From assembly GCA_964106915.2 (NCBI GenBank), contig OZ066927.1: DNA of 64,000 nucleotides; one strand, 5' to 3'. The notes under the pieces are model-generated. The model did no database searches. It worked only from the letters and a program-made list of their open reading frames with translations, and was not told where the DNA came from. This DNA comes from Podarcis gaigeae (Eukaryota). Shown one piece after another: positions 51,701 to 64,000 of this stretch; the first letter of the stretch is position 1, and every line of letters starts with the position of its first letter. The position numbers and the translations under genes are program-made.

Positions 51701-54161
51701 CATTCTGCAGTGAGCTAAGTAGCAGTTTGGCTTAGCATGTTGTCCTAACCAGGGCTTGTGGTTACGCTTTCTCCTCCCTAACTATGAGCCAAGGTTTATG
51801 CCATGTATAACTAGATGAAAGACTTTCCCAAGGCTATATGATAGGTCTGTGGGACTGAAACCCAAATAACATCATTAATAGAGGAAGCTGCCTCATACTT
51901 AGCCAGCTCACCAGTCAACTTAGCTCCGTTTTGTCTACACTGCCTGACAGCAGGAAACCAGGGTTTTCCCCCCAACCCTATCTGCATTTGCGGGTGATTG
52001 AACCTGGGACCTTCTGCTTGCATGGTCGAATCTCTACCCTTAGCTATGGCCCTTCCCCAAGTCTTCCACAATGTTTATCAGGGACTGTTGTTTTTAAAAT
52101 CTAAACTTGTGAATTGAATTACAGGTGACCCCATTGTCATGCAGAGGCTGCTCTCTCCCTCTCTTCCCCCCTCAATTATGGCAGTCAAAAGATGCTGCAC
52201 CCTCCCTGTTTAAAAAGTACAATAGGAAAATAATTGGAATTTATTCTAGCAGGAAGGCAGATTCTGACCTCATTTCAGCATAAATCTGAACTTTACCTGG
52301 CAAGGGCAAAATTAAAGAAAAGAAGCATTTGAACTTCCTAACCTCTCATTGCTAAACTCAGCTCAGGCACACTTAGGAATGCAGAGGCATCTGGAGACCA
52401 AGGATGTTTTTCTCTTGCTCTCCAAATGCCTCTTCCGAAGGCATATTTGTGCCTATTAAGAAGCCCATTTCACCCTAAATGCTTTGGTCAGGAAACTAAG
52501 GAAGGATCTGCACAGAAGGCTGTGTGTGTTTGATAAAGGTGCAAATCTGCTTGTAATCACTTTCCCCTCCTCGCAGCTGCATCTTCTTCAGCTTCTTCTA
52601 TTTTAAAATAGATGCTGGTCCATTGAACAAAAAGGCCACATTGCCCTCCCACCCCTCTTTTCTCTTGGTGCCGTTCACAGTCGTCTTGGCTTTGCTGACA
52701 GCAGAATCCAACTCTGCTCGGTCATACATTGGGGCGATGGCCCTTTTGTAGATAAGTTACCCAGGATATGAAATGCTCAAGGCTACCCCTCTGCGCCATC
52801 CCCCTTTATAAACTCCCACACACTCTGAGATGTGCTTTGTGACTTTGGTGTCACACTCCTGAAAGAAATGGTCAAACAAGATCCTCTTTCAGGTCAGCCT
52901 GCTGCACAGCACCTGGTTATTTTATTTCTCTCTCATTATTTTATTTTTTCAACAGTTGCATGTCATGGCCACTGAAATGTTGGCAGCTTCTTGGATAACA
53001 CCACAATTAGAGAAGGAAGAAAGCAAACACTCTGTTTCTTTGGAAAAAGCCACAGCAGACTGTGCGGTGGAGCAGTGATGCTCACCTGAGCTTGGGATAA
53101 ACAAGTTACGGATACTTACCAGGGAGGAAAAGGTGGAGGTGCCAGGGAGGTTGGCATGATGCAAATGCATTGTGTTGAACTGTGCCAACCTCCCCACAGC
53201 CTCGTCCCTCCCCTTCTCCTTCCCAGTAAGTAGCAGTGATGCAACTGTTGGGAGGTTAAGTGCATGTTGCTGCCCCAAGCCAACTGCTACTGGGGGGGAA
53301 AACAGCTCAGTTGGGTTGGGCAGCTATTTTCAAATACTAGAAACACAGTAGATGAAGAGCAAGAACCTAACTGGGAAAGCTGAAGGGAAGTCAATAAATA
53401 CTTTGAGGATTTGGGCTGAGAGGTGTGTTGATTGCAGCTGAAAGGTGCAAGCCCATACATGCAGCAGAACGAGGTGATATAGTGGATTGTACCACTTCAT
53501 CCGGCTGGTGGGATATAAAAGGACTGGGCTGGTAGGCTCTCACAAGTAGGACTTGCAACAAAATGTTGTGGCACAGAGTGCTCCTGTTCAGGATTCCAGC
53601 TGGCCACTCACCCATGCCCTTTCCAGGATGTTGGAAAGAGATGCATGGGCATATGGATTGCAAATCCACTGCAATCAATGGGGATTATTACAACTTTAGC
53701 AGTGGGACGACTTTCAAAAATGGTAATGAAAAGCAACCATTTTTGGGAGCCAACACTTTGAGTCTTCTGTAACATTTACATATTTTTTTCCCTTCTTATT
53801 TTTGCAGCAATCTTGTCTTGTTCCAATCACCTTAGCCAGGGAAGCTGTCCAGCAGATTGCTGGTACCGTGGTCCTGAACTCTAAGTCATCAGTCTCAGAG
53901 TCTCCAATCATTAGTACCTCAGAAGAGGGGATGAATCCCCTCCCCAGCTCTATCCTGTATAGACCTACCAGCACCATATTCTGCACCTAGCTCCCTGTCC
54001 CCTGGCCTATGGACTTGGATATTACAGAGGATCAAGAAAGCCCTGAAGAGCATCCAAAGATCAAGTCTTCACTGCCAAAAGCACACCATCTAGGAGAAGC
54101 CAATGGCTGCAAAGGACACTGGCACTTTAACTAGCAGGTCTGAATCAACTAAAAGGTGGTA

Positions 54162-54403
54162 CAGTGGTACCTCGGGTTACATACGCTTCAGATTACATAC
54201 GCTTCAGGTTACAGACTCCGTTAACCCAGAAATAGTACCTCGGGTTAAGAACTTTGCTTCAGGATGAGAACAGAAATTGCGTGGTGGCAGCGCGGCAGCA
54301 GCAAGAGGCCCCACTAGCTAAAGTGGTGCTTCAGGTTAAGAACAGTTTCAGTTTAAGAACGGACCTCTGGAACGAATTAAGTACGTAACCAGAGCTACCA
54401 CTG
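54162..54403. mobile_element. Tigger/pogo-like MITE, 242 bp, same family as 155-396 in opposite orientation
   Basis: TA flanks, TIR cagtggtacctc...gagctaccactg, same length, reverse-complement similarity along its length. Confidence 0.88.
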
Positions 54404-55504
54404 TAATTCAGTCTGGGTCATCCAAGTCCAGTATATAAAGCTCTGGCCATTGCAGAAAGCCAGTGCCGAGGCAACTTGCTCCCAGCTACAAGATTGTTGT
54501 CCATGGTCCTGAACTATTGCTTCTGTGCTCTGATGCAGCTTCCCGGGCTCCAACCAAGTCCTGACATTGATCCAGCACAGAGCTGGTTGGGGCAGTCTTG
54601 AGCCTGCTTCCATCGTCTTGTTGGGGTTGTTGCCTTTTAGTAGTGATGGAAGGAGCTATGGACCAAGACTGTTGGGCTAGGAGCAGGCCTATGGAAGCTG
54701 CTGTATCAGTGGCTTTCAGGCAACAACCTAGGATTCAAGAACTCAGCCTGGCTGCCCTATCCTTCCTAGCGTAGTTATGGAGCCCTAATCCCAACCATCT
54801 CTGGGATGGAATGCCTTGTGCTGTCCTTGAGACCGAACTTCATTTTGGGGCTCATTGCCACCACTGTTCTTGAAGACATGGTGGTGGCTGCGGGGAGATG
54901 CAGAGTTGTCAGATGAGTGCACTCAGGGTCCTTAATGTTCCCCAATTCCACCAGTTCCCTGGGGGGCACACTGTCCTGGGGAATAATCTCGAGGTTTCCC
55001 TCTGTCTCCCCCTGGTCATGGGAAATGTTGGGGGTCCCCTCTGATTCAGAGGCCGTGGCTAATTCTAGCTCTGAGAGTTAGCAGTTCCTGACAGCTCAGT
55101 AACTCTGTGTAAGATGATGTCTTGTGTTCCAACTCATCCTATGCATGACAAACACACTTCCACCACAATAAATTAGCAATTCCCAGGCTTAACAACCCCT
55201 CCTGGACTAATTGCCAGAGATTATTGTATATTATGAGAGCGCAATGATACTAATGCCTAAATATGCTCCAGTGATTATGGTGCTATCTTCAATAACCAAG
55301 CTGTTTAAATGTCAGTGCGGAGAAAGCTCTTTAGTGGGAGATGAAACGTTATTTTCAAAATGGGCCAGAAGAGCCTAATCAACCTTTTCAAGAATGTTGC
55401 CTTGAAACAAACGTGTTGTTATTTTGACTATCTGATAAACATATGCAAAAAGAACCAAAGTGGGAGGTCCTATGAGCAACACTTACATTTAACACCAGAA
55501 GGGA

Positions 55505-55529
55505 GATGATGATGATGATGATGATGATG

Positions 55530-55576
<47 letters not shown>

Positions 55577-55738
55577 TTATACCCCGCCCATCTGGCTGGG
55601 CTTCCCCAGCCACTCTGGGCAGCTTCCAACTAAATATTAAAATACAGTAATGCATCAAACATTAAAAGCTTCCCTAAACAGGGCTGCCTTCAGATGTCTT
55701 CTAAAAGTTTGGTAGTTGTTGTTCTCTTTGACATCTGG
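55505..55738 (-). mobile_element. L2 3' end with compound (GAT)n(AAT)n microsatellite tail
   Basis: Reverse complement matches 7258-7410 (ccagatgtcaaagagaa...agacatctgaaggcagccctgtttagggaagctttt). Confidence 0.88.
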
Positions 55739-56945
55739 TTCCACCATACAGTACCTTCCCTCCTAGCAGCTGATCACCCCATCTCCTTTCCCACATGCCA
55801 TCTAGATACCAGAAGTGATCCTGGTAACACAGATATAAGCGGTGGAGCATGGGCAGCCTAGGTAGCAGGGTATGTGTGTGTCAGCTTCTAACATCCATGC
55901 CCCTCCACTTTTCATATAACAAGGTGTTATTTTTGCTGTTATTTGATTCTCATATCCCACCTCCCAAATAGAGCCCAAGGCAGCTAATCCAGGAAAAAAT
56001 AGCATAAAAGCAACAATACAGAAAAACAATAAAATGCAACATGATGGGCAGCAGATAGAAGGCTCTCCCATCCAGACATGTCCCAAAGGCCTGAACAAAA
56101 GGTCTTAAGCAGCCACCTAAAGTAACATTCATGGGGGACAACTGGATCTCCATCAAGAAGGAGTTCTGCAGCTGGGGGGCCACCACTGAGAATGTCCTGC
56201 AACATGTCACCGCCCCTGTTTAAAATATGAACAGTAAAGAAATGGGACAGACCCAATAAAAGTAAACATTGGTCCCTCTCCTTGGTAGTCAGACTCTTCT
56301 GACAGCTCTCCTTTCTGGAGATGCGGAGAGTTAGAAGCTTCTCTTACACCTGGTGTATTGGAGCTGAAAGGTAATTTGTGGTTCTGGGAAAGATCTTAAG
56401 CAGCAGACAATCATTCTCATTTGTTCAGTTGGTGCTTGGTTATGTTCCGGCCCAGTGATGCACGTGGCTTGGATCTGATGTGCAGTCTGAGTTGCTAAGC
56501 AACCGGTATTATGGGATTGCCACCTGATGCTGCTGAGAAGTGGGTAGCGGAACCCCCTAGAACTGTTATCTCAAGAGGGAGCGACATATATATATGTAAG
56601 GGTACCCTTGCACATATTCAATGGCATATAGGGTGGCTTGAATGCTTTCACTAAAACAACATTGCCTTCCCCCACAAAGGAACACTATGTGCTGTGACCT
56701 AGTGAGCTCACTTCTAGCCCAGTTAACAGCCACACAAAAATTATATACCCCCCCAAAAACACACCTCGTCCTTCCCACCCAGTTTCCATCTTCTTCTATC
56801 TGCTTTGATTGAAAACAGGAGACCAGAGATCCAGAATTTTGCAGAGGCCCCACAGATATAACAGCACAATTCAATTTAATAATCACAAACCTCTTTCCTC
56901 CCCAATAATTTCCTCCCCAAAGCACAACATATTTGTGTGTGTCCC

Positions 56946-57369
56946 TGTCAGGGAACTGCCATCGGAGCCAGGAGTGGAGGTAAGGCTCCCCAGCGATGCC
57001 GGAGAAGGGCCCAGCAGGGAGAGAGGGAACTCATCTACTGAGGAAGGAAATCAGCGTGACACCAGGAAGAAAGGGGAGCAGGGGAGGGCTTCGGAGAGAT
57101 GTCTCCAGGACTCTTCCACAGAAACTAGCGGGGAGAGCACAGGTCCTCCGCTGACCACGCCCACCCTGCACAGAAGAATGCCGCGCAGGGAGACTTGGCG
57201 TCAAAGAACTTTTATGCTAGAAGAAGTTCAGGAAACGCCCACTGACAGATTCTGCCAGTGACTGACATAGCCACAGAGTAAGGGCTGTGCAGCCAGGGAA
57301 AGGTTTAACCAGGCAACTTTGCCAAGAGTAGAGGCAACTTACGCACGAGCAACCCCAATTCCCATTACA
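56946..57369. mobile_element. Solo LTR, 424 bp (Gypsy-like)
   Basis: TG...CA termini (tgtca...ttaca) and perfect 5-bp TSD gtccc (56941-45, 57370-74). Confidence 0.82.
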
Positions 57370-58216
57370 GTCCCCAAAAACTTTTTCAAGTTTTTGTTCT
57401 AATTTCAGTTTAAAACCCTTCTCCTATATTTCTATTATTGCTATTATTGCAAGTATCCGAAGCAGTGATCAGAGGAGGAATGACCACTGGGCAGAACGCA
57501 GAGAGAAAAAATGCCATGGTGCATCTGCAGCAGCACAACTGGACGCCTTCATCTGCCCCAGGTGCCACAATACATGTCTCTCCTGCATTGGTCTCTACAG
57601 CCACAGCAGGCACTGCAACCGCCCAACAGTCTAACCTCACCCCCAAAGGTGCTCCTCCACTGTCTCCCTAGAGAGACGGATGCCAACATGTAAGTAAAAA
57701 TACTGATTACTGATTTAAAACAGCAACAGACAAACATAGAAAACACAAGCAGAGCTTTGGGGGAAAGCTGCAGTTAAGTGGCAGAAAGTCGCTGGTATTT
57801 CAAGGGTGAGGATTCTCTTTGAAGCCCTGTAAAGCTGCTGCCAGTCAGTGTTGACAGTACTGAGCTAGATGGACCAATGCTTTGACTTGGTAGAAGTTAG
57901 ATTCCTGTGTTTTGAAATACGCCACAAGGAAGGGCCATAGCTCAGTGGCAGAGCACCCGCTTTGAATGCAGAAGGTCTCTAGCTCAATCCCTGGCATTTC
58001 CAGGCAGGTCTGAAAAGATGGAGAGCTGCTGCCGGCCAGTGGAGACAATACTATCTTAGAGGGACCAAGAGTATAAGGTTGCTTCTACGGTTGCTCCTGC
58101 CATTAATAGCTTTCCGTATTTATCGCCCTCTCCTTCCCAAGGGGCTCAGATAGAACTCTGAGCTGGAATAAAAAATACTGACAATATCAGGGGAAAGTTC
58201 TCCATTGTTCTGATCA

Positions 58217-58831
<615 letters not shown>

Positions 58832-58954
58832 CTAAGGGCTGGGCAGACACACAAGCAGAGACCACAAAAGCAGCATAGATAAAGCGGTCAAAGAAGTAGG
58901 GGCCTGGGCCGAATATGGGTAGGAGATAGTGGCTCTACCAGGTAATCCCTATAT

Positions 58955-59272
58955 CAGACCCTCCAAGTGTTCCTATTTTCCAGGAACAGTCCGAGATTTA
59001 CTGAAGCTGTCTCGGTTTCTGATTTGATCCCTCATTGTCCTATTTTTCCTTAGGACGTCCCTATTTTCTGTTGGAGAGTATGGAGTTATCCAATCCCCAA
59101 GCCATCTGAAGGCAGCCCTGTATAGGGGTGGTTTTTTAATGTTTAATGTTTTATTATGTTTTGTATATATGTTGGAATCAGCCCAGAGTGGCTGGGGCAA
59201 CCCACTCAGTGGTATAAATAGTCAAATTATCATTATTGGAATAGGATGTCCCTATTTTCATCGGAGGGTATG
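58955..59272. mobile_element. Composite MITE carrying an L2 3' end
   Basis: TIR cagaccctcc / ggagggtatg; the right-end motif occurs twice (59051-59082, 59242-59272) around an L2 tail (~59103-59237). Confidence 0.7.
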
Positions 59273-59281
59273 CTATGTGCA

Positions 59282-59823
59282 TAGACAGCATACCTAGACA
59301 GCATCTTAAAAAAACTAGATAGCATCTAAAAAAGCAGAGACATCGCCTTGCCAACAAAGGCCTGTATAGTCAAAGTGATGGTTTTCCCAGTAGTGATGTA
59401 TGGAAGTGAGAGCTGGACCATAAAGAAGGCTGATCACCGAAGAATTGATGCTTTTGAATTATGGTGCTGGAGGAGACTCCTGAGAGTCCCATGGACTGCA
59501 AGAAGATCAAACCTATCCATTCTTAAGGAAATCAGCCCTGAGTGCTCACTGGAAGGACAAATCCTGAAGCTGAGGCTTCAGTACTTTGGCCACCTCATGA
59601 GAAGAGAAGACTCCCTGGAAAAGACCCCGATGTTGGGAAAGATGGAGGGCACAAGGAGAAGGGGACGACAGAGGACAAGATGGTTGGACAGTGTACTCGA
59701 AGCTACCAGCATGAGTTTGACCAAACAGTGGGAGGCAGTGGAAGACAGGAGTGCCTGGCATGCTCTGGTCCATGGAGTCACGAAGAGTCAGACACGACTA
59801 AACGACTAAACAACAACAACAAC
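59282..59823 (+). mobile_element. 5'-truncated Bov-B (RTE) LINE
   Basis: ORF 59348..59809 VFPVVMYGSESWTIKKA..RRIDAFELWCWRRLLRVPWTARRSN...VHGVTKSQTRLND; (CAA)n tail; 12-bp TSD atgctatgtgca (59270-59281, 59824-59835). Confidence 0.95.
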
Positions 59824-59847
59824 ATGCTATGTGCACATCCTTTATAC

Positions 59848-60197
59848 CAGCAGTAAGGAACCTTTTCAGCCTGAGGGCCAAATTCCATCTCAGGCCTTCT
59901 AGAGGCCACATGCCATGGAAAAAGGATGGCTGGGCAATGGGTGTGGCTTTTAGCTTTGGACTGCAAGCTATATTACAGTCATGAAGAACCCAGAGGTTTC
60001 TATATCCTGCCCATATCTCCATTGAGACAAGCAAGAGGCACAATTAAGTCCGAATATACATTTCAGTCAGGCAAAAGTACTGAAGGAGGGTGAGGAGGGC
60101 TGTTGGCAGGCTTCAGCCTAAGCAAGCTTCCTGAGGGCCTGATAGACAAACCTCAAGGGCCGCATCCCTTCCCTGGGTCTGAAATTCTCCACCCTTG
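59848..60197. mobile_element. Decayed hAT (Charlie-like) MITE
   Basis: 8-bp TSD ctttatac/ctttatgc; gagggcc/gggccgcat subterminal motifs. Confidence 0.6.
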
Positions 60198-61389
60198 CTT
60201 TATGCACACAGACTGTCTCGCCCACACCCTCTCTGTTGGAAGAGACCCTCCTTGACAATCTGGGACAGAAGTACAATGTGGAATCCTCACCAAAAAACAT
60301 TTATTTGGCTTTCCTAATTTCCCCTCCCTCCCTCACCGCCTTTGTTTTGTTATCAGCAGAAGCGATTAGTGTATAATGTTGTGACTAAAAATTGCCAAGT
60401 TCTGTAGCTGTCATGTGCTTCTTTGGAGGATTCTGGTAACTAATTAAAACAATTCATCAGCTTAATAAAAAAAATCACCAGGTTTCCGCTTGACAAAGCA
60501 CTCCTCGGAATTATACGCTGCTCGGTTCACACCTCTTAACATTGATGAAAAAGTAATAAAAAAGCTGGAACTGCAACCCCCCCCCCATCTCTGCATCTAT
60601 TAATCTTCAGGTAATGGGAACAGAAAACTAAACAGCACAGAAATAGTTTAGTTTCTCTCGTTTTGCGTTTTTCCTCCTGGCGCGCAGAACCGTACATTTC
60701 CAACCAGCTTTGCATTGGAAAGCTAAATTAAATCTTTCAAAACTAATATATGTTCCCAGCAATCTGAATTGGCCTGTTACAATTCAATTGAAAAATACGG
60801 CATCTGGTAAGCATTTCAACCGCAAGGCGGAGTCTTTTATAAATAAAAAAGAGGGGTAGGTTCCCCCCCCCCAAATCTCCTCATGAAATATGAACACTTC
60901 ATGAATGGTAAAAGATATGCCCCAACCAAAACAAGGGCTGCATGAGATGTAAACTGCAAGGAAAATAGAGTTAAAGCAAATTGACTGAATTCAGAAACAG
61001 GCCGAGGGTCCCTCTCCCATTTCAAGTCCACTTTACGTCCGGTGATATCCCCATGTCTTTTGTTTCTCACTCTCCCCTGCACAAGCTCGCTTCCCAGGAA
61101 GATTTATGTTTGCGATTTCATGTGCTATTTACTTAATGCAACCTTCTCTTTGCTTTGCTTTTATTCCAACATCTACCTATCACTGATATAGCAGGAGAGC
61201 TACTGAAAGCCATGTTTGCTCCTGTCTGTGGATCTTGATCCTATATTGTTTGGCCACACCACAGCATGGATAGCTGGTGTAGTGCCCTCCAGCTGTTTAT
61301 TATTATGATTACTATTACTGTTATTACTATTATTATTGATTTATTAAACCACCACCTGAAAGCAATGAAGCAGTTGTTGGTGATGATGA

Positions 61390-62035
61390 TGTATTTATTA
61401 ATCATCTTCTAAACCATTGTCTCAAGGTGATTTGCGCATAAGATAATTAAAAACAGCTAAAAACACAAAAACAGCAAATATGTTTAAAATAAGACACTCC
61501 CTGCAAAGACCCATTTATTTGCTGGGAAAGCCTCTCAGAACAAAAATGTCTTCAACTGTTTCTGCAAAGTGCAGATAGTGAGTTTCTGTCATATCTCGAC
61601 AGGAATGCTATTCCCCAGAACGGGGTGAGCCACACTAAAAACCCTGCTCTTTCACATTACTGTGGAAAGGGCTTCTGAAATCTTTGGAACTTACAGGAGA
61701 AAGTCTCCCACAGACTGCAGCAATCTATTGGGCGTGGAAGGGGTAAGGCAGTCTCTCAAGCAACCTGGTCCCAAGCTGTATAAGGACTTCTATGTTAGCA
61801 TCAACACACTGAACTTTGTCCAGTAGCAGATTGGCAGCCAATGCAACTCCTGCAAGCAAAGTGATATACACTGGCGGTACTTTGCCCCCACAAACAACCT
61901 AGCTGCCACATTCTACATCAGCTGCAGCCTCTGGACCAACCCCAAGGCTATCCCCACACAGAGTGCATTGCAGTAACCCAGCTGTGAAGCTGCCAATGCA
62001 TGATCAATTGTGCTCAAGCTATCGTGATCCAGAAA
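61390..62035 (-). mobile_element. Old L2 LINE 3' fragment
   Basis: Minus strand reads HALAASQLGYCNALCVGIALGLVQRLQL (with a stop after), resembling the L2 SRLDYCN...LQLVQNAAAR motif. Smaller L2 scraps at ~4270-4340, 32100-32290, 38600-38800, 50840-51060, 56050-56200 and 63540-63640. Confidence 0.72.
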
Positions 62036-63640
62036 TCGTATTCTTGGACTACAGCTCTCAAGATCCCAATGGAAGTTGTTGTGCAAGAGCATTTGGAGGG
62101 TGCCATGATGGCTAGAATGTGCCAGAACCCTGGGAACTGGTTGTACATAATTTAAAGAAGAGAACTTAGGTGGGAATGCTAGTACTGTACAACTTCATGG
62201 ATGGAATTGAACGCATGTGGGAGTTGGGGGGAGGCTTATGGATTTGTTTTGTTCTTGTTTTTATTATGCATTTTGTGTTTCTATTTTGCATTTTTATGCT
62301 GTAAATCGCCCCGAGATCTTTGGATGAAGGGCGGTATAATTAATTGATTGATTGATTGATTAAATCCCTACATTTCAATAGCCACAAGGCTGTTTTCAGA
62401 GAAGGTGAGCTCTCCTTTCTCAACTTAGATGCCCCCTTTGTCTCGAAACTTTGACAAGCTGCTGAAGAGTTGCTTGGAAAGTCAAAAGCTGAAATGCCAA
62501 TGGGATGAATGAAAATAACATCTACGGATCTCTGCCTGCCGCTATCTCTTTTGTTCCACCGTGGTTGAGATAAGACCAAGTAGAATGACAGATTTTTATC
62601 AACGGGGAGAGACTAGACTCATTTATTAAGAGGAGCAGATACCATCTGGAGACAAGAATGCTTGAAGACAGTACAAACAGATGGGATGGGGGGAAAGAAA
62701 ACCAAGGCGAAGAAACAACCTGGCCAGATCAGAAGCAGTGCAAGGTGCAAATATTCTCTTGGGAGAGTAAATGTTCAGAGGGGCATTTCCCCATTAAATT
62801 TAAAGTCTTTCTTTGAAAAAAGCTCAGTCTCTATCCATCTAGATGGCAGTCTTATCACATGATTTTAAATGGGGAGAAAGGCTAAAGACAGAGTATCCAT
62901 TCTATAGAGGTTTGGCACCAATATTAATATTTTTATATAAATGCTAATTATTCAAGCAGGACAATATTAGCCTCACATGAGAACTGATACAGAGTTTGTG
63001 CCTGGAATGAGCTCTGAAGTCCAAGCTCTGGTGCATATGACACTACAGTCTGTTTGTTTAGAAGACTTACAGCCTGCCACGTGGGTTCTTTTGCACTATG
63101 CAAAAACTTTAATATTTCCCCAGAAGGGCAGATGATGACCCTGGAGCCAGAACAATTTTTCAGCAGGAACTCAGGGGAATTCAGCTCCAGCACTTCTCAG
63201 ATGGGTGCCATTGCCGGCACCTCTTTTTCTAGAAAATAGCACTGCTAGGAGCCATAGCAAAAGAAGAGAACAACAGAACTAAGACTACCAAGTTACCTCT
63301 ACAGAGTAGTCAGCAAGGAGAGGGATATGGAACAGCCTTGCCAAGGAAGCTCGCTTGGCACCATTCTATTGTCCTTTCATCCCAAGGCGAAGACACCTCT
63401 GTTCAGCCAAGTTTTCTTTTTTTAAAAAAAACACTTGTGCAGTCTACTTCTCAGTTTTCAAACCTGTGGCTTTAATCTGTGTGCTCTGTTTTCGTAGCAT
63501 TTATTTAATTTGGAAGTTATGCTAATGTATGTTTTGGTTAGCTTCCCTGTATTGGGAAAGTTTTTATGTTTGATGTTTTATTATGTTTTTATATGTTCTG
63601 GAAGCTGCCCAGCATGGCTAGGGAAACCCAGTCAGACAGG

Positions 63641-63641
<1 letters not shown>

Positions 63642-63701
<60 letters not shown>
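63642..63701. repeat. (AAT)20 microsatellite (L2 tail)
   Basis: Read directly; gives the poly-N run in ORF 63510..63833. Confidence 0.97.
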
Positions 63702-63702
<1 letters not shown>

Positions 63703-63821
63703 TAAGCCATACAAATAACTGTGTTATGGGACAGCTTACAAATCAATCAATTAATCAACTTTTAAAACACTTTCACCCATTATCTTCTCTGATGTTCAGG
63801 ATCTGGACACCACACATGGGC

Positions 63822-64000
63822 GGTAAAAGGTAAAGGTAAAGGGACCCCTGACCATTAGGTCCAGTTGTGGCCGACTCTGGGGTCGTGGCGCTCATCCCAC
63901 TTTATTGGCCAAGGGAGCCAGCGTACAGCTTCTGGGTCATGTGGCCAGCATGACTAAGCCCCTTCTGGCAAACCAGAGCAACGCACGGAAACGCCGTTTA
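63822..64000 (-). mobile_element. Sauria SINE 3' part, running off the window edge
   Basis: (ggtaaa)n + gggacccctgaccattaggtccag..., closely matching the copy at 23728-23991. Confidence 0.9.

Noticed and set aside
53850-55092. Possible LTR remnants (also ~9331-9545, 18590-18760 and 25860-26220)
   Set aside because: LTR-like texture, but matching termini and TSDs could not be established.
56809-57261. 150-aa ORF
   Set aside because: Mostly inside the solo LTR, low complexity, no domain.

Overview
Vertebrate (squamate, most likely lacertid lizard) genomic DNA. The whole window lies inside one large minus-strand gene. Six spliced coding exons (58427-58253, 35657-35537, 32879-32716, 31961-31859, 10625-10479, 8220-8086; 845 nt) all have AG/GT ends and compatible phases. 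They join into one open frame of EGF-like repeats best matching MEGF11; two of them are absent from the ORF track. The flanking exons were not found and presumably lie outside the window. The rest is intron, filled with Sauria/Squam-type SINEs, L2, CR1, L1, Bov-B and Penelope fragments, solo LTRs, Tigger/pogo and hAT MITEs, microsatellites and repeat-free blocks that look like candidate enhancers. I found no prokaryotic-type system, CRISPR array, rRNA or true tRNA gene, and nothing I can claim as a proven new system. The most unusual structures are: (1) a 1.49-kb Tigger-type element whose interior is nested palindromes plus a ~240-bp near-perfect inverted duplication; (2) four Tigger-MITE end types sharing one scaffold but differing in an 11-nt cassette; (3) a perfect 58-bp-stem hAT MITE; (4) three nested inverted SINE pairs bracketing a three-exon cluster; (5) a MITE with a duplicated end enclosing a LINE tail. 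Family and gene names come from recalled consensus sequences, not database searches.
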